Origin: Neoechinorhynchus agilis
Lineage: Eukaryota; Animalia; Acanthocephala
Reading direction: 5' to 3'
DNA length: 64,000 bases
NCBI GenBank assembly: GCA_051530055.1
Contig: CM121341.1
Location: 9,278,784-9,342,783 of the forward strand
Part shown: positions 35,975-49,369 of the stretch, in pieces
Numbering within the stretch: the first letter of the stretch is position 1
Layout: each line of letters begins with the position of its first letter
Notes under the pieces: model-generated
Told to the model about the DNA's origin: nothing
Seen by the model: only the letters and a program-made list of their open reading frames with translations
Database searches by the model: none
Position numbers and translations under genes: made by a program

Positions 35975-37600
35975 AACTATTCGGCTGAAGCACCTTCTAT
36001 TGAACTTCGAAGTTCTAAATACATAAGGCCGAGCAATTTGTTTGTTTCTTTGCTATTAAATATTTGGGGGGGGGACTCTCCCTCACTCTGAAAGGTCAGA
36101 AAAGTGATAAACTGTCTGACAAATAATCTTTCCGATTGAGTGACCCCTCCACGACCAATAAGCAGAGCCTCGGCAATGGAAAGGTCTACAGGATCAGGTG
36201 CCCTGTAGAGAACCCCCACCCAAAGCTTTAGCAAAATGGGTGGCCAACGGTGCTGACGCGTACGACGGTGCGTGCGGGTTACATGCATTACAGAAATGCT
36301 CAGTTACCCGCTGGTGTAGCCTCCGCTCCGTCTTTCCAATGTAGCTGCAGGATTTCCTCTGGTCCTTGCAATTGCCGCATGTGATCCGGTATACCACATT
36401 GCTCATCATGCAGGCTCCCATCGGACTTCATCGTCCATCTTCATTGTCCAATTGACATTGAATGCACCTTTTTGGACAATTCTCCTGATCCTCGTGGTGA
36501 TTAGTCCCCATCAGAAGTATCGTTTGAATGGTATTTTACTACCATTCCCTAAAAGCAACAGTTCCGATTGGTGAGACTGTTTCTTCTATTAATGCTTGAC
36601 TTAACGACGGCACACGGAATCATATTGCCCGTTCGTTTCGATTTTTGGGAACCACAAAATCCTGTATTTTAAGGTATCCTCAAAGTCTGGGCGGTCGTCA
36701 GTATCCAAATATGGCATTTAACCTGGAGCGATGAATGTTGTGTCATAGTTTCCCTTACTAATCTTGACCCCTTCCAAATCGCAATGCATTGACCCAAAGT
36801 TGAAGATTTGCTCAGTGAAACGCTCATTGAGGAAATAAATTTTAAGACTGTCCACGAATTACGAAACTGATTTTATACGTCCATTGTCGTCTTTGGTACT
36901 GTTTTTAAATAAGGAGCAAGAAAACGAGATTCTCTAAATGGAATCGGATTTGATGGACACGATACTCGGCCATTTCTTGATTGGCAGCAGAGTCTGTTCT
37001 TTGGTTTTTTGTGATGAAAGGAATTCCTTGAGTTTCAAATACAATGGAATTTTGAGCGTATTAAATGGCCGCCGACTACTCTTCACCGTCCCTCCACGAT
37101 CATCTTCAGGATCGGGCGGTTTTAAATTATTGATTGAGAAGCTGACACTATTTTCGCTTCAACGAAATTCGCCACATTCAAAAAAAGAATTTATTCACAC
37201 ACGGATGGGCTGGTTTGAATAATAAGTAGAACAACCATCAGTTGGCGAGCGCGGTCCATTTGTCCACTTTTGTGGTCCAGTCGACGCAGTTGGCCCATGC
37301 GAGGGGGAGAACAGAGCTGAGTCTCAGGAATGTGCAGCTCTGGCGTTGTTCGGGCGGCCGTCCTCTAGAATAGAAGACTAGAAAAGATATAGCCATGAGT
37401 TCAAAATAGATCTGCATGAATTGGGTTTGAGGCCTAGTCGGACAACACGCTTTTTCTTGGAATTGGCAATTTTCAGTAGGCGTATCATCTTATTCATGTC
37501 GGCCGAGTCAAAAAATCCTTGACGAACTCTCTAATCTGTCGCCTACCATGGGCGGATCTCGATTTTATTAAAGATTTGGTCTTATTCAAGGCAAGACCCA
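35975..37600 (-). mobile_element. Degenerate Penelope-like element
   Basis: NVVYRITCGNC..YIGKTERRLHQRVTEH GIY-YIG domain, with decayed RT upstream. Confidence 0.75.
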
Positions 37601-39087
37601 TGTGAGGTAGTTTTTCTTTTAAAATTTTTAGTACTGCAGCAAGTTTTCGCTCGAGCTTGCACATAGTTACGTTCCTTAATTACCACAGTCAGGTCGTCCG
37701 CCTCGCTCAAGGCTCAAACCGTCCATATCTCCCAAATGAATTTCCGACTATCTGCGATGATCCATCGAATCCAATCACTGAAAATGAAGGCATTTTAAAA
37801 GCTTCAAGATCTTCTATTTGAAGTGGCTCGTCGGCTAAGAAGGTCGCATTATACCATTTCGGAGACATCTCGAGAATCTCTCGTGCACATCAACCCGTTC
37901 GTTTCGATTTTTGGGAACCACAAAATACTGTAGTCGTATTACGAGGAAAACTAAAATCACAGCTTCTATCAATGATTTTAGCGAGAGTTGAACTTTTTTG
38001 AGTCAAATACAAAAAATATGAGTGCGATATTTTGTTTTATTCGATATTGCAAAACTACTTCGAGCGCTGTTTTGCAATTTTGTCTTTCTTCTATAAGGCT
38101 CATTTTGATTTTTATAAATGATATTTTTTCTGCATACTGAAAAAAAACCCATTTTAATGACTTGTTTTTCTATAATAGCGAAATCGATGATGATCACGGT
38201 TTCGACAAGTAAACTTTAAATATTTTGCATTTCGTTTCGTATTTAGGAATTGCCGTCCGTACCCTTGGCTAGGATTTCGCTAGGCTGCAGACAGCGACAG
38301 TAGGAAACTCAATAATCCATTCATGAACGTCGCTATTTAGATGACGATCCATTTAGCTGGGCATGCATTTATTACCCAGTTATCAAACACTTTACAATGT
38401 TGTTATTATAAGATCAGTCTTTTAGAGTTGAATCTTTTCTATTTTTAATTCGTTGTACACCATTTCGAAGTGCCCTTTATTGTTTGGGTTTTTAATCGTT
38501 TGCTGTTGCCCCCTTTTTTTTGAGAATTCTTCATTGTTGCTATTCCTGCAGGAGCTACGATCCATGTAGTTTCCCCGATTTATGAGTTGTTGCCTCTGGC
38601 ACCACCGTCGGCCCGAAAAAACATGGAATACCATCAAGGACTGCTCGGCTGCGGTATTTGCAACATTCCGCGCAGTTCGCTGTCGAATGGAGAGAAGCCT
38701 CAGGCGGGGGAGTAAAGAGTTGCTAAATGTTCCCCGGAATATCACTGCTAGACTGATAGTCGAGAATTTATTCTCCGGCACGTTTAGTTCTCTTGTAACT
38801 ACTGGTACAATGGGCGCAGATCCTTCAAAGAAGAATCTCAACATTTTGGTTTTCAACTCTGAGGATGCATGAAAGATGAATTGATTAAATCATTGAGTTT
38901 AAGGACGGAGCGTAGTCTTTACTAAGCGGTGTTTTCTCATTTCTACTTCGATTTGTAAATGAGCAATCGAGTTCGTCGAGAAATTCTAAATGCTTTCATC
39001 AGTGCGATGAATGATTTTGAAGTCCAGAAAACCGGAAAAGGTTGAAAAATAAAATTTAAAAATTGTTTTGGACAATCATAAAAGGAT

Positions 39088-39245
39088 CTCTCCGGATCCT
39101 CACGTGCCTCCAGGAGGCGGGACTCATCCGTGAGTTTCCTCCCTTCAACGAAATATTTCGTCCCCTTTGGTTGTGCGTCATCGGTGGTAACGGATTCGAA
39201 TCCGTTGACCCTTAACTGTGATCAAGGGCATTAGTCGACTACTGC
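39088..39245 (-). mobile_element. tRNA-derived SINE copy (mirror of 30981-31140)
   Basis: Same sequence in the inverted arm. Confidence 0.7.
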
Positions 39246-40459
39246 TGATAGCGCACGAAATCGCTGGTTTAATCGTAGAGTTTTCTACGGCAGCAAAAGT
39301 CTCAAAGTAACGCTAAGAGCGTAGATGGTAGATTTGTTACGTTCTGGGATGCGGAATAAAGAACTATTTCGTCAAGTGGGAAACTAATAGCATTCTAGAG
39401 CATAACAATGGAAGCAATGTAAAGGAACGGATGCAAAGGGATACTTTGTACAATTGCGAAACTCTTTTTAAGACGATTTGTGCTGCCCACCCATTGTGAG
39501 CGTTCGTAGAAGTTTTAGTGACTATTCACTGATTTAATTTCAACCAGAGCAATGAATTTACCTGCATGTTCAATGTGGACGCCGCCATTGCTTGAGTCAT
39601 CAAATAGAATGCTTGGATTATTATGATAAAATCTTTTTAAAAAAGATCAAGCAGTCTCGAGCATTTCTAATAGAAAATGAATACTTTTTGCCGACAGACG
39701 AAGCGCTTAACGAAATGCTCATATAGTTGCAAAACTGTTGATTTCTCAATAGTTACTACGCGGCATTATAATTGCTATCAAGCTGAATAAATTCTGTTTT
39801 CATTTTTTAGAACAGATTTTCTTATTTTTCGGCGGAGGTTAAAGGAAACGAAAGATGCGGTAATTGGTGAACGCAATTCGAGCACAATCGCAAGCGATAA
39901 AAACACCCTCCAAGCTTGCAGTACATTTGATACAAGAATTATCTTTAAGTCGTTTTATAAAAATGTCGATATGTGAGGCACCAGGGAATGTGATTGGAAT
40001 TATTATATAGAAGTCTTCACCCAGTAAATGATTATTTATTAAAGACGTACTGCGAACCTCGTCGGGTTCATCATTAGTTTGTTGATCAAAAGCGTCCACT
40101 ACTAACAAACTGATGATGAACCCGACGAAGTTTGCAGAACGTCTTTAATAAATAATCATTTACCGGGCGAAGACTTCTAAACAATAATTTTAGTCGTTTG
40201 TTTTTATGTAAAATCAATTACCTAATGAACATTATCGTTGTAAATATTGATAATGTTAAATATCACTTAAATTCTCGTGTTTGGTCTTTTTTTGTTTACA
40301 AAGGTTTTTATTCACATTCTTATTTCTTGAACGCGTAATGGAACTGCTCATCGGTAGTAAGGTACAAAAATGTAAAACGTGAATGATTTTAGAAGCCATC
40401 GCTATTAAAGTGCATTCTGTTTTGTTCAATATTCCCAGATTTACTAACCGGATCAAGTT

Positions 40460-42110
40460 TACTTCAAAAAAACACCCACGACGCCTTTACACAAACTCAA
40501 GCGGTGGTTGATCAAGCCAAATCGATTTCATTTTGTATCCGATAGGGAGATGGGGTGAAGTTCAGAATGTAGAGATAATACTGGGAGAGGAGTGCACGAC
40601 GCAAAATAGAGTGCTCGAGATGGACCTCAATATTCGAGGGAAAGCCAACCAGCGGACAATGAGCATTGCACCTAAAATCAAGTGGTGGAGGCTAAAGGAT
40701 CCTATACTCAGGGAAAAGATTAAAATGGTGCTTACCCAGAAATTGGGCGAGAATGTGGCTGAACTGGAAAGCTAGTGGAATGAGACAGCCGAAGCGATTT
40801 GTAGTGAAACAAAGAACATCCTAGGAATGACATCGGGGAAACCTCCACCCCAAAACAAAGAGGCATGGTGGTGGAATCCAGCCGTCAAGGACGCAATCAG
40901 TTTGAAAAAATCAGCCAGGAAAAGATTGGATTTTGACGCTTCGGCCACGAATGCAGACGCTTACAAGCAGGCAAAAAGGAAGGATGCACGAGAATGTGCC
41001 AAACCAAGAGGGAAGCCAATAACGACCTGTACGAGCAATTACAGCGAGGGAGTTGTATAGATATGGTCTTCAGGTTGGCCAAAGTCAGGGATAAAAAAAC
41101 ACGGGATATTGTGCACCTCAAAATGATCGGTGATAGCCACGGAACGACGCTGGACCAATACAAGGACATTTTGGATAGGTGGAAGGAATGTTTCAGCACT
41201 CTACTGAACACACCCGAATGTCAATATGACGAGGCCGTAGTCGTACGATGAGGTGGTTACACCGCTCAAGAAAATGAAGACTGGTAGGAACGCCGGTCAA
41301 GATAACATTCCGATCGAGCTGTGACAAACCTTCGGAGTCCTCGGAATAAACTTGGTTAGAACGCTATGTCGCCGCGATCCAGGCGATGTATCGAGAATGC
41401 TACACCTTGGTGCGATGCCACAGCGGATCCATTTACTATTTTCGAGTCCCCGTGGGTCTGCAATAGGGTTCGGCTCTGAGCCCATTCTTGTTCACGATCG
41501 TAACGTCCTAGGGAATGCGGAAAGAGAAATGAACGCACCATGGACGATACTATTCGCGGACGATTAGTTGCTCAGAGCTAGGGACGTGGACACTCTCAGG
41601 AATTTGCTGGAGAGTTGGCGACAGCGATTAGAGAGTAACGGATTGAGAGCGAGCAGGCGCAAAATGAAATATCGGACAAAGAGTTCAATGGAACAACTGG
41701 ATGAAGACAATTGGCATAATTTGCGATAAGCGTCTCCCGAACAAGCTTAAACGGCGGGTGTACAAGGCAGTAGTGGGAACCGCCATGCTCTACGGAGCAG
41801 AAACGGTGGCTACGAAGAAGGAAGACGTTCAACGATTAGCCATCAACGAAATGCGGATGCTGAGATGGTCCGCAGGATTGACACTTAAGGAATAAGTGCC
41901 CAATGAGGAGGTGCGAAAGCTGTTTGTTGTCGATCCGATCGAGGAGGCAATCGCTTAGAAGCGGATGGGATGGTACCTGCAGGTGACACAAGCAGATGAA
42001 GACGCAGCTCGGGGGGAAAAGGAGAAGAGGGAGGCCCAAGAAGAGGTGGAAGGAAAGTGTGAGAGGAGATCTCAAGATGCTGGGAAAGGAGAAAAAGACG
42101 AAAACCGATA
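40460..42110 (+). mobile_element. RTE-clade LINE remnant (right-arm copy)
   Basis: WTILFADD, LKRRVYKAVVGTAMLYGAETVA, EMRMLRWSAG, GKRRRGRPKKRW. Confidence 0.85.
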
Positions 42111-42539
42111 ATGCTGAAAAGAACGACCTCTCAAGTGAGAGAAAAGTTCAAAGAAATGTTGTTGAAAATGTACATTTTCTTATTTTATTACAATCTGATT
42201 TCAGAAACAGTTGTTTGAAATCAATCATTTTTGCTCAATATATAAACGAATGTATCTTGAATTAGACGATGAATTTTCCTTACCGTGTTCCATCAGTCAA
42301 TTTAGCCGCCCTCGTTAGTGCAGTCAAAAGATGACTTAAATTCGTTAAAAGCTTTTAAAGGGCATTGGGAGAGCCAAGAAAATCCAACCGTTCATTTAAC
42401 AAATACATAAACGTCAAAATTAATCAAAATAACATTTCTTTACAGGTATTACCTTTATTGAACTTCATTTTGTCGATTTCATGTGGAAAAGATTACAATT
42501 AATCATTTAACCTGTTTAAAACTTTTTCATTTAAAATAA

Positions 42540-43345
42540 GTAGACATGAAATGATTCACACCACAGCCTTTCTGGATCACTCAGCTGCCGTCCTGGTGTA
42601 ACGGTCGAAAGGACGGATGCAGCGTTCCTTCGTTGCAGAGTTGGACTTATGTTTTGTAGGAGGAATGCTCCGAACCGCCTGGTCTACGGCGGTCATCGAG
42701 TCGGCAAAGATTGCTCGGCCCTAGGATGTTGGGCGTTTTCACAGAATTCAGGGCACGGCTAAGGGAATTGCGTTCACTTCAGCGTGCCGTGAGTACCTCT
42801 CGTCTGATTGCCGACGGACGATTCCCGTGGCATCCCGATGGTTCTACAGTCGCTCCGCAACGGCAGCGATGGGATGTGCACATCCGTACCCCAAGTCTCA
42901 GGGACACTGCGGTCTTTACTGTCTCACCGGAGGGGACCGACAAAAGCGATTGGGATAGCTTGAAATTTAATTGTTCATATAGGTTGTTTTCTGGCGTAGT
43001 AATCAAAATAATTTTAATTTCGACGCCAGAAAACAACCGATTCGGATAGCATTGAGCCAAGCACCCGATTATCTTGTAGAGACTGCCGCCAATCGAGTTC
43101 GGTTCACCAGGTCACAAGAATCTGAAATTAAAGAGTTATGAATTCTCGCTACCAGCCGCGAGTGTTAAACTGATTGTTTACAACCATTGACGGGTACCTG
43201 CTCGCTGCCTGAATATCCACACCAAAGATTAAGCGCCTCTACGAAATCTTCATCCAAAGTGTAATTCTCGCCGAGAACGGATATAACTATTTTGCGTATT
43301 GCTTCAAACGATCCCAAATAAGCAGAGAAATATCGTGGCATAAGA
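42540..43345 (-). mobile_element. CRE-like element 3' portion (right arm)
   Basis: SLRLGVRMCTSHRCRCGATVEPSGCHG zinc finger plus the shared 3' end. Confidence 0.75.
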
Positions 43346-44179
43346 TACAAACCCGCCGGACGACACAGGCAAAGACGCTTGACGCCAAGCTTCGTCCGAC
43401 AGCTGAGTATTTAAAATTCCCCGAGAGAGTCTTTCACCTTCTCGTCTAATTTTTCCAGCTTATCCTTATGTATAAAATAGGTGCTGTGCAAAGTTTATAC
43501 ATCAGTTTTGGAATGAAGAGGGTATTCTTGATCAGGAACAGATCCTCATGTGAAGATAATTCATCAACTCGTTCACACAGTACCCAAAGTTACGGTTGAA
43601 GATTGGCAATCTCTGCTTCCCTATTTAATTTCAATATCCACTACTTATATTGCTTAAGAAATACACAACAATAAAGATTCGGTTGAGATTAGACACTCAT
43701 AGAATTTGAGATTATTTTTTATTCGGCTTCAAAATAATTCGTATTCATTGCTAGACTGTATAATTTCATAGAAGCACAATTTTGCAATCCTAGAAAATAC
43801 CTTTTTTCTGAATTAGTATCCTTAATAAAGAATTTTTTGATCAGAGTAACCACTGTAACGAGTTTTATTTCCGCATTTGAATGCTTCATGGAGATACCGT
43901 TGTTAAAGGTACTATTATCTATATAGTTTCAAATTTCAGCCTAATGGCAGTTCTTCAGTTCTGCAACATTGATGTGAAGAAATTGGACCCATCGTAGGTT
44001 TCTCTGAGAACGAATAATAGACTGTTCAAACTCACGTATTAAGCACATGTAAAGATTAACAAGCTGAACGTCGAGTACGCGACATTGGAAGACGCAAGAT
44101 TTGCAGAATCATATTTTCGTTCCATTGTAACATATTGAAGCCATCAAAAGCTAACCGATTTCAAACTCATGGATTCCAC

Positions 44180-45310
44180 CCATCGGAGAAATTTGGTTCA
44201 AGGAATCAAGCGTAAAATCATTGCTCACGGCAGCGCCGAGGAAATAATGTAGAAATTTCAAATAGTAGTTCCTTTGCTGAACAAAAGAGAAGGTAAACTG
44301 AACAAGAAATGGTCGCAAAAAGCGAGCAAAAAAGAGAGGATTGACGGTACAAGAAATGGTGACAAAAGACGAGCAAAAGAGAAGATTAACTCAAAAAGAA
44401 ATGGTCGAAAACGACAAGCAACAATGAAACTGAAGTTGAAGTGAAACGTTCAAGTCGTAATCGTACCGATATGTCAATTCAGCGAGTTTCATCGTGTGGC
44501 GTTTCCATTGGCTCAACTCAATGATCATTGGTTCAAATGGGACAATCCTTCTCCCAACCACAGCAGATAAATCGAAGCCACCAACGATCGAGTAATGTTC
44601 CAATACGAGTGTTCAATCTCACTACATGACGTCTTGACCGTCTTACGGTGGAAGTTTTGTTCCACCAATGAGCAGTCAACAGGAAGTTCCGTTAGATCTA
44701 TCGATGCCGCGAGGACGCTATCCAGTACAACAAGACAACCAAGCGAATGTCTACTCATAGCATTCTTACCAATTATAAAGGTATCCGCGGACGTGGACCC
44801 CTTACGATTTGATTGCGATTCAACCTCAGGCGCAACCCATGAGCAATGTCAACAACAATTTCTAAGGAACTTCATTATCGACAAATCAATCGATGCCAAA
44901 TAGTATGGAAGTTTATCCTGGAGGATACTACACAGAAACTTCTTATGTTAATGAACGTCTTACACAGCTACTAAATCATCGAGGAAACCGTTTCAATCAA
45001 TCGAGAATAGTACATAATTTTCAAAACTATTACGACGATGGAGTGAGTACGAGTAGCAAAAGCCGAATAACTTTCAAAGAATTCCCAAATTTCCTCTTAT
45101 TAAGACAGGAACAAAATTCACGCGAATGCAAGTGCCGCATGGAACAAATTATCAAATAGCTTACGATCCAAATGAGCGGTTCCTACTGAGCCATCGACGA
45201 AGTATTGGGAGAGGTTTATGATCCATCGAGCAGTTCGTTTTGGTTTACGGCGATACGACCTTTTATTTTGAAACACTAAAGTCCATAATGATTTTTCTAT
45301 AAGCAAATAT
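44180..45310 (+). pseudogene. Decayed, 5'-truncated paralog of the TBP-fold gene
   Basis: IGEIWFKESSVKIIAHG..SAEEIM*KFQIVVPLL, QQEVPLDLSMPRGR, SMPNSMEVYPGGY; stops, indels; inverted relative to 34309-35871. Confidence 0.85.
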
Positions 45311-45659
45311 TCTCAAAATATTTGTGTATATAATATTTGTTTCGTTTGTTGATTATAGCGATACAAACATGTGATTCACGTAGCATCCACGGTCGTCCAA
45401 ATCCTTCCATAATTCATTTTCCATTTAATGTGATTTCAGTTTTCCTCGTAATACAACTTCCTCAAGAATATACAAAGGTGCGTGGAGATATGAAGTGTAT
45501 TAAAGAAGCTACATCGAAGCGGAAATCGATCCAAGCTATCCTCAACGAATTAATTTTGTGCAGCATTTTACTTGAGCAGCGGGTTCTATTTCTCAAGCGA
45601 TGCCTTAGAAACATTTTTATATAATAATAACACGCTTTATTAATGCACAAAGCGGATCC

Positions 45660-46350
45660 ATCTACCATTTGGTTCTCATGAACACTCGAGTTATGATTGG
45701 ATAAATTAATCTGGCTATTGATTTTGGAGTGGATTACGAGTCCGCGCGGGTGAGTGGTGGGAATTGGTAGTCATTGTTTGCAGGAGCGCTTGTAAGGTTT
45801 TCCTTCGTAAAGTTCATTTCAGGTTATGGTATCCGTGAAGATTGGGCTGCATGGAAAAAAGAGCGTAGGTTCGAGTTTAGGCGGATGAAATGAATTAGGA
45901 TTACGAGTTTTGCACTCGTTGCATTTTGATTTTTAATGAAAATATTATCAAGGCTTTCGGTGAGCGGGTAAAAATCAACTGTGCAAATTTTAGAGACTCT
46001 TCTATGAAACGTTTCAAAGCAACGGATTTGTGATTGGGAAAGTTGGCTAAATTAAGGTGTAATAAAATTTGGAGATCGTACCAGGAGACTCCTAAATGGC
46101 TAAGGCGTTTGAGGAAATAAATTTTAAAGGTATTGCCTTTAAGGAGAAAATGTAATTTTCGACTTCCATTTCAGATTCCATTGAAATTTGAAACCTGGCA
46201 TTCTGGGGGAGGTGACTCGTTGGATGTTATTTGGAAGATCGGGGTAGGATGTGGGGTTGCGGGAGAATGAAGGCATCGTTTCGAAGCATTTAGAGTAACT
46301 CAGGTGGAGTTTTTGTGACTGTCGCAGAAATCTTTTATGTGTGTGATTTA
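45660..46350 (-). mobile_element. Highly degenerate LINE fragment
   Basis: Remnant APE-like PGFKF and a pre-RT-like segment; many stops. Confidence 0.35.
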
Positions 46351-46384
46351 TTAAGTTCACATCTCCACGCGCCTTTGTATATTC

Positions 46385-46413
46385 CTGAGGAAGCCGTAAG
46401 ACTGCGAAAGCTT
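46385..46413 (+). ncRNA. Minimal hammerhead ribozyme, third family (AGCU palindrome)
   Basis: CUGAGGA-A-GCCG(UAAGA)CUGC-GAAA-GCU-U; downstream flank homologous to about 19075-19160. Confidence 0.7.
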
Positions 46414-47159
46414 TAAAACAAAGATTATCTTTATCATTACCACAACCCGTCCAAGTTTCAATAAAAAACTTGATCGATCACGCGGCTGGAAAATCAAGTA
46501 ATATTTCACAAAACTATATTAAAACATAGCGATCATTGGTGGAAAATAACGATGATTATACGGAGTGTGGAATCTGTCATTTAGGTAAATCTTTTATTTT
46601 AACGATGCAGCGGGATTTGAGATAAGCATAATGGTCTCACGATCCAAAATGACACTTTGACGACAAAATTGCAACCGAAATCACTGCAACATAAGCCGAG
46701 TTTTGTCTTCTCGTATTTTTAGGGTTTGAAACAATTTTCTTTAAAATTTCCGTGCATAGGGCAGTCGCAGCGTAATAGAATATTAAATACCCAAGAATTT
46801 AGCAAGCTACATTAATGAGGAAAGATCTGAAAATGTCAGAATCGTCTTTTATTTATTAGTTGCCTTGAATAGATTTATTTTGCTGTTGTTAAGTTCTGAA
46901 ATTTCGCAAAACGATTCTTGTCATTAAATGCCAGAATTCAAAAACGCAGACACGAACTTGCTGCTTTCAATTGAAACAGTCATTATTTCGGTTGTATTCT
47001 GGCGGAGAAATTAAAATGATTTTATTTTAAAATCCAGCTACTTATGTACTATATCGACTACATTTAAAAAGTGAAGTGAAGTTAAAATAAATTAAGATAC
47101 CAAAATATTCTCAATGGCGAATTGTAACACACTCGAGCTTTATTATTGAAATCAATCTT

Positions 47160-48480
47160 GCGAATTTTCAAGGTCTCAGCCTCCTCCCCAAGCATCTAAA
47201 AATGGACGTGAGCCTTGACTCGAGTGCGCAGGACCGTCGATTCCCGAGGTGATGTTTCACCCCCTGCGCAAAAGACAAATAGAGATTCCTCGTCGGAAAT
47301 CCTAGAGAATGATTGCTCTTGTTCCCTTCCATTGTGTCCTCCATATCAATGAGCAGAGCCTCTTTTATCAACCTGCTCTGTTGGTTCCTCTCGGCCATCA
47401 TTGTAAACGCGTTTTCAAAATCGATTCTGTGGTCGTTGTTGATAGCGTGATTGAACCTCATGTTTCTCTACTCTTTTTCGCATCCCCTATTTTGTCTGTC
47501 CAACATTGACTTGGTCGAAATCCTTACAGGTTATCGAATATACCACGCATCTCCGTAAGCTGTGATGGTCTCACTTTCAGTATCCCGCTCAGTTTGAGTC
47601 CTGACGAATAGTAGGGAACCAGAGTCGTCGAACTCGGTTTTCTAGAAATGGGTGTCAGCATGTTACCCATCCTCGTTGAGATGAACTGAACTCGAATGAA
47701 TTTCTTCTTTAAACCGTCTCTAACATCACTTTTCGCCGTGGTCCTCGCTCGAGCCAATGCCTTCCTTATAGACTATGTCGCGTACTCAAGGTCCTGAAGT
47801 TTTACAAAGATGCTCTCAATGTCCTTCCTCACCCTTTGATCATTGTTTACGATCTTTATGACTCGCTTGAGGATGTTTGCTGCAGCATTGATTTTATACT
47901 TGGTAGGTCCGTGGCGGGTTTACTTGGCTTATTGAATAACGACGTCGTGATCAAAGTTCCTTGTTGTTGTATCAACACATCTAAGAAGCTGATCCTTCCC
48001 TGCTCGTCCTTTGGGGTGATGCTCCACTTTATCAACGGATTTATTCCGTTCAATTGATCCCCTAACTTCATTTTAATAAGATCCTTGTTAGTCACTGCAA
48101 ACACATCGTCAACGTACCTCCACCACGCCACAATCACAGGAAACCTCAATCTCAGTTGCTTTTCATATTCGATCATATAGATGTTGGCCAACGCTGGTCC
48201 TAACGGTGATCCCATTACAAATCCGTTCGTCTGGTCGTAGAATTTTCCTTCGAATGAGAACCCAGACGATCAATCAGTACTGACCAATCATCCATATCCA
48301 GCTTGGGATCCAGACATCGTGCGGCCAAGATAGTTGCTTCCTTTATCGGTACGTTCGTAAATAGTGCCGTGAATCTGCCGTCCAAAGGAAGTTGTTGCGA
48401 GGATCGAATATTCCGATTGCTTCAACGAATGGCGGGCCATCTTTAACGTATGATGCTGGAGTTTCCATGTTATCCCGAAT
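47160..48480 (-). mobile_element. Penelope-like element remnant with decayed hammerhead at 47162-47191
   Basis: MGSPLGPALANIYM, WWRYVDDVFAV, ISFLDV, RLIKEALLI, then UUGGGGA-G-GAGG(CUGAGA)CCUU-GAAA-AUU-C. Confidence 0.85.
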
Positions 48481-49369
48481 TAGTGTGTTAATATCCTTTG
48501 CTAACTTGTGGCCAAACAAAGAGTAATATGCCAGTGATCGGTCTGACCTTCAGAAATGGTTTGTGGACCTCTGGTAGCAGGTACATGAAGCCCGGCTCCG
48601 CATTAGCAGATCTTATTCTCGCATACCAGTTTTGGGTAATTTTCCCGGCCCGGAGGCTGAGGCCTTGGAAATTCGCAAGATTGATTTCAATAAAACTCGA
48701 GTGTGTTACAATTCGTCATTGAGAATACACATCCACTCGAAGGAGCAATTGGATAGAATTATGCGGTATTTTAATTTTCGTAAAGAAATTAATCATTATT
48801 GTTTCAATTTCAATTAGCGATATTCACTCAGAAATAGATTCATATTGAAAATTTTCGGCCTTTTCGTTGGCCTTCTTCAGTCAGATCTACAATTTAAAAG
48901 AAACATTATCAATTAGTTTATCCGGTGGGACTCGTCCTGTTTGCTGGATCATGGTGGCTTCCATGGTCACTGTCGCGTCTTACGTCACTTTCCTTTTAAT
49001 TTCATAGCTAGGGCTCACAATACTTCGCAGTTCAAGCGGTTCTTTTTCACGGATTACCCCACCCGCTCGATCTACTTTCAGGATAAAGGAGTTCCACAAG
49101 GCTCTCCCCTATCATCGATTCTTTTCTGCTTGGCATCTCAATGCATAGATCGAAACTGCAAAGTCTGTCGTTCTATCATCATGGATTCGATGGATCATCG
49201 CAGATAGTCGGAAATTCATTTGGGAGATATGGACGGTTTGAGCCTTGAGCGAGGCGGACGACCTGACTGCGGTAATTAAGGAACGTAACTATGTGCAAGC
49301 TCGAGCGTGTTGTTGAACTCCATCTGAGTAACTGGTGGTTGAGTTGAGCGGTAAATAGTGGCGGAAATG

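Larger units (their letters stand above)
37962..43345. repeat. Right arm of the large inverted duplication
   Basis: Reverse complement of about 27510-32265; inner boundary gaagc(32265)/gcttc(37962). Confidence 0.95.

Noticed and set aside
35975-36005. Hammerhead at the 3' end of the 36-kb Penelope remnant
   Set aside because: The position fits, but both core strands are mutated (UAGAAGG, GAAU); too decayed to call.
36628-37932. 39-bp direct repeat (36628-36666 / 37894-37932) as LTRs or a target-site duplication
   Set aside because: It lies within Penelope-derived sequence and has no TG..CA ends or PBS; most likely a duplicated internal fragment.
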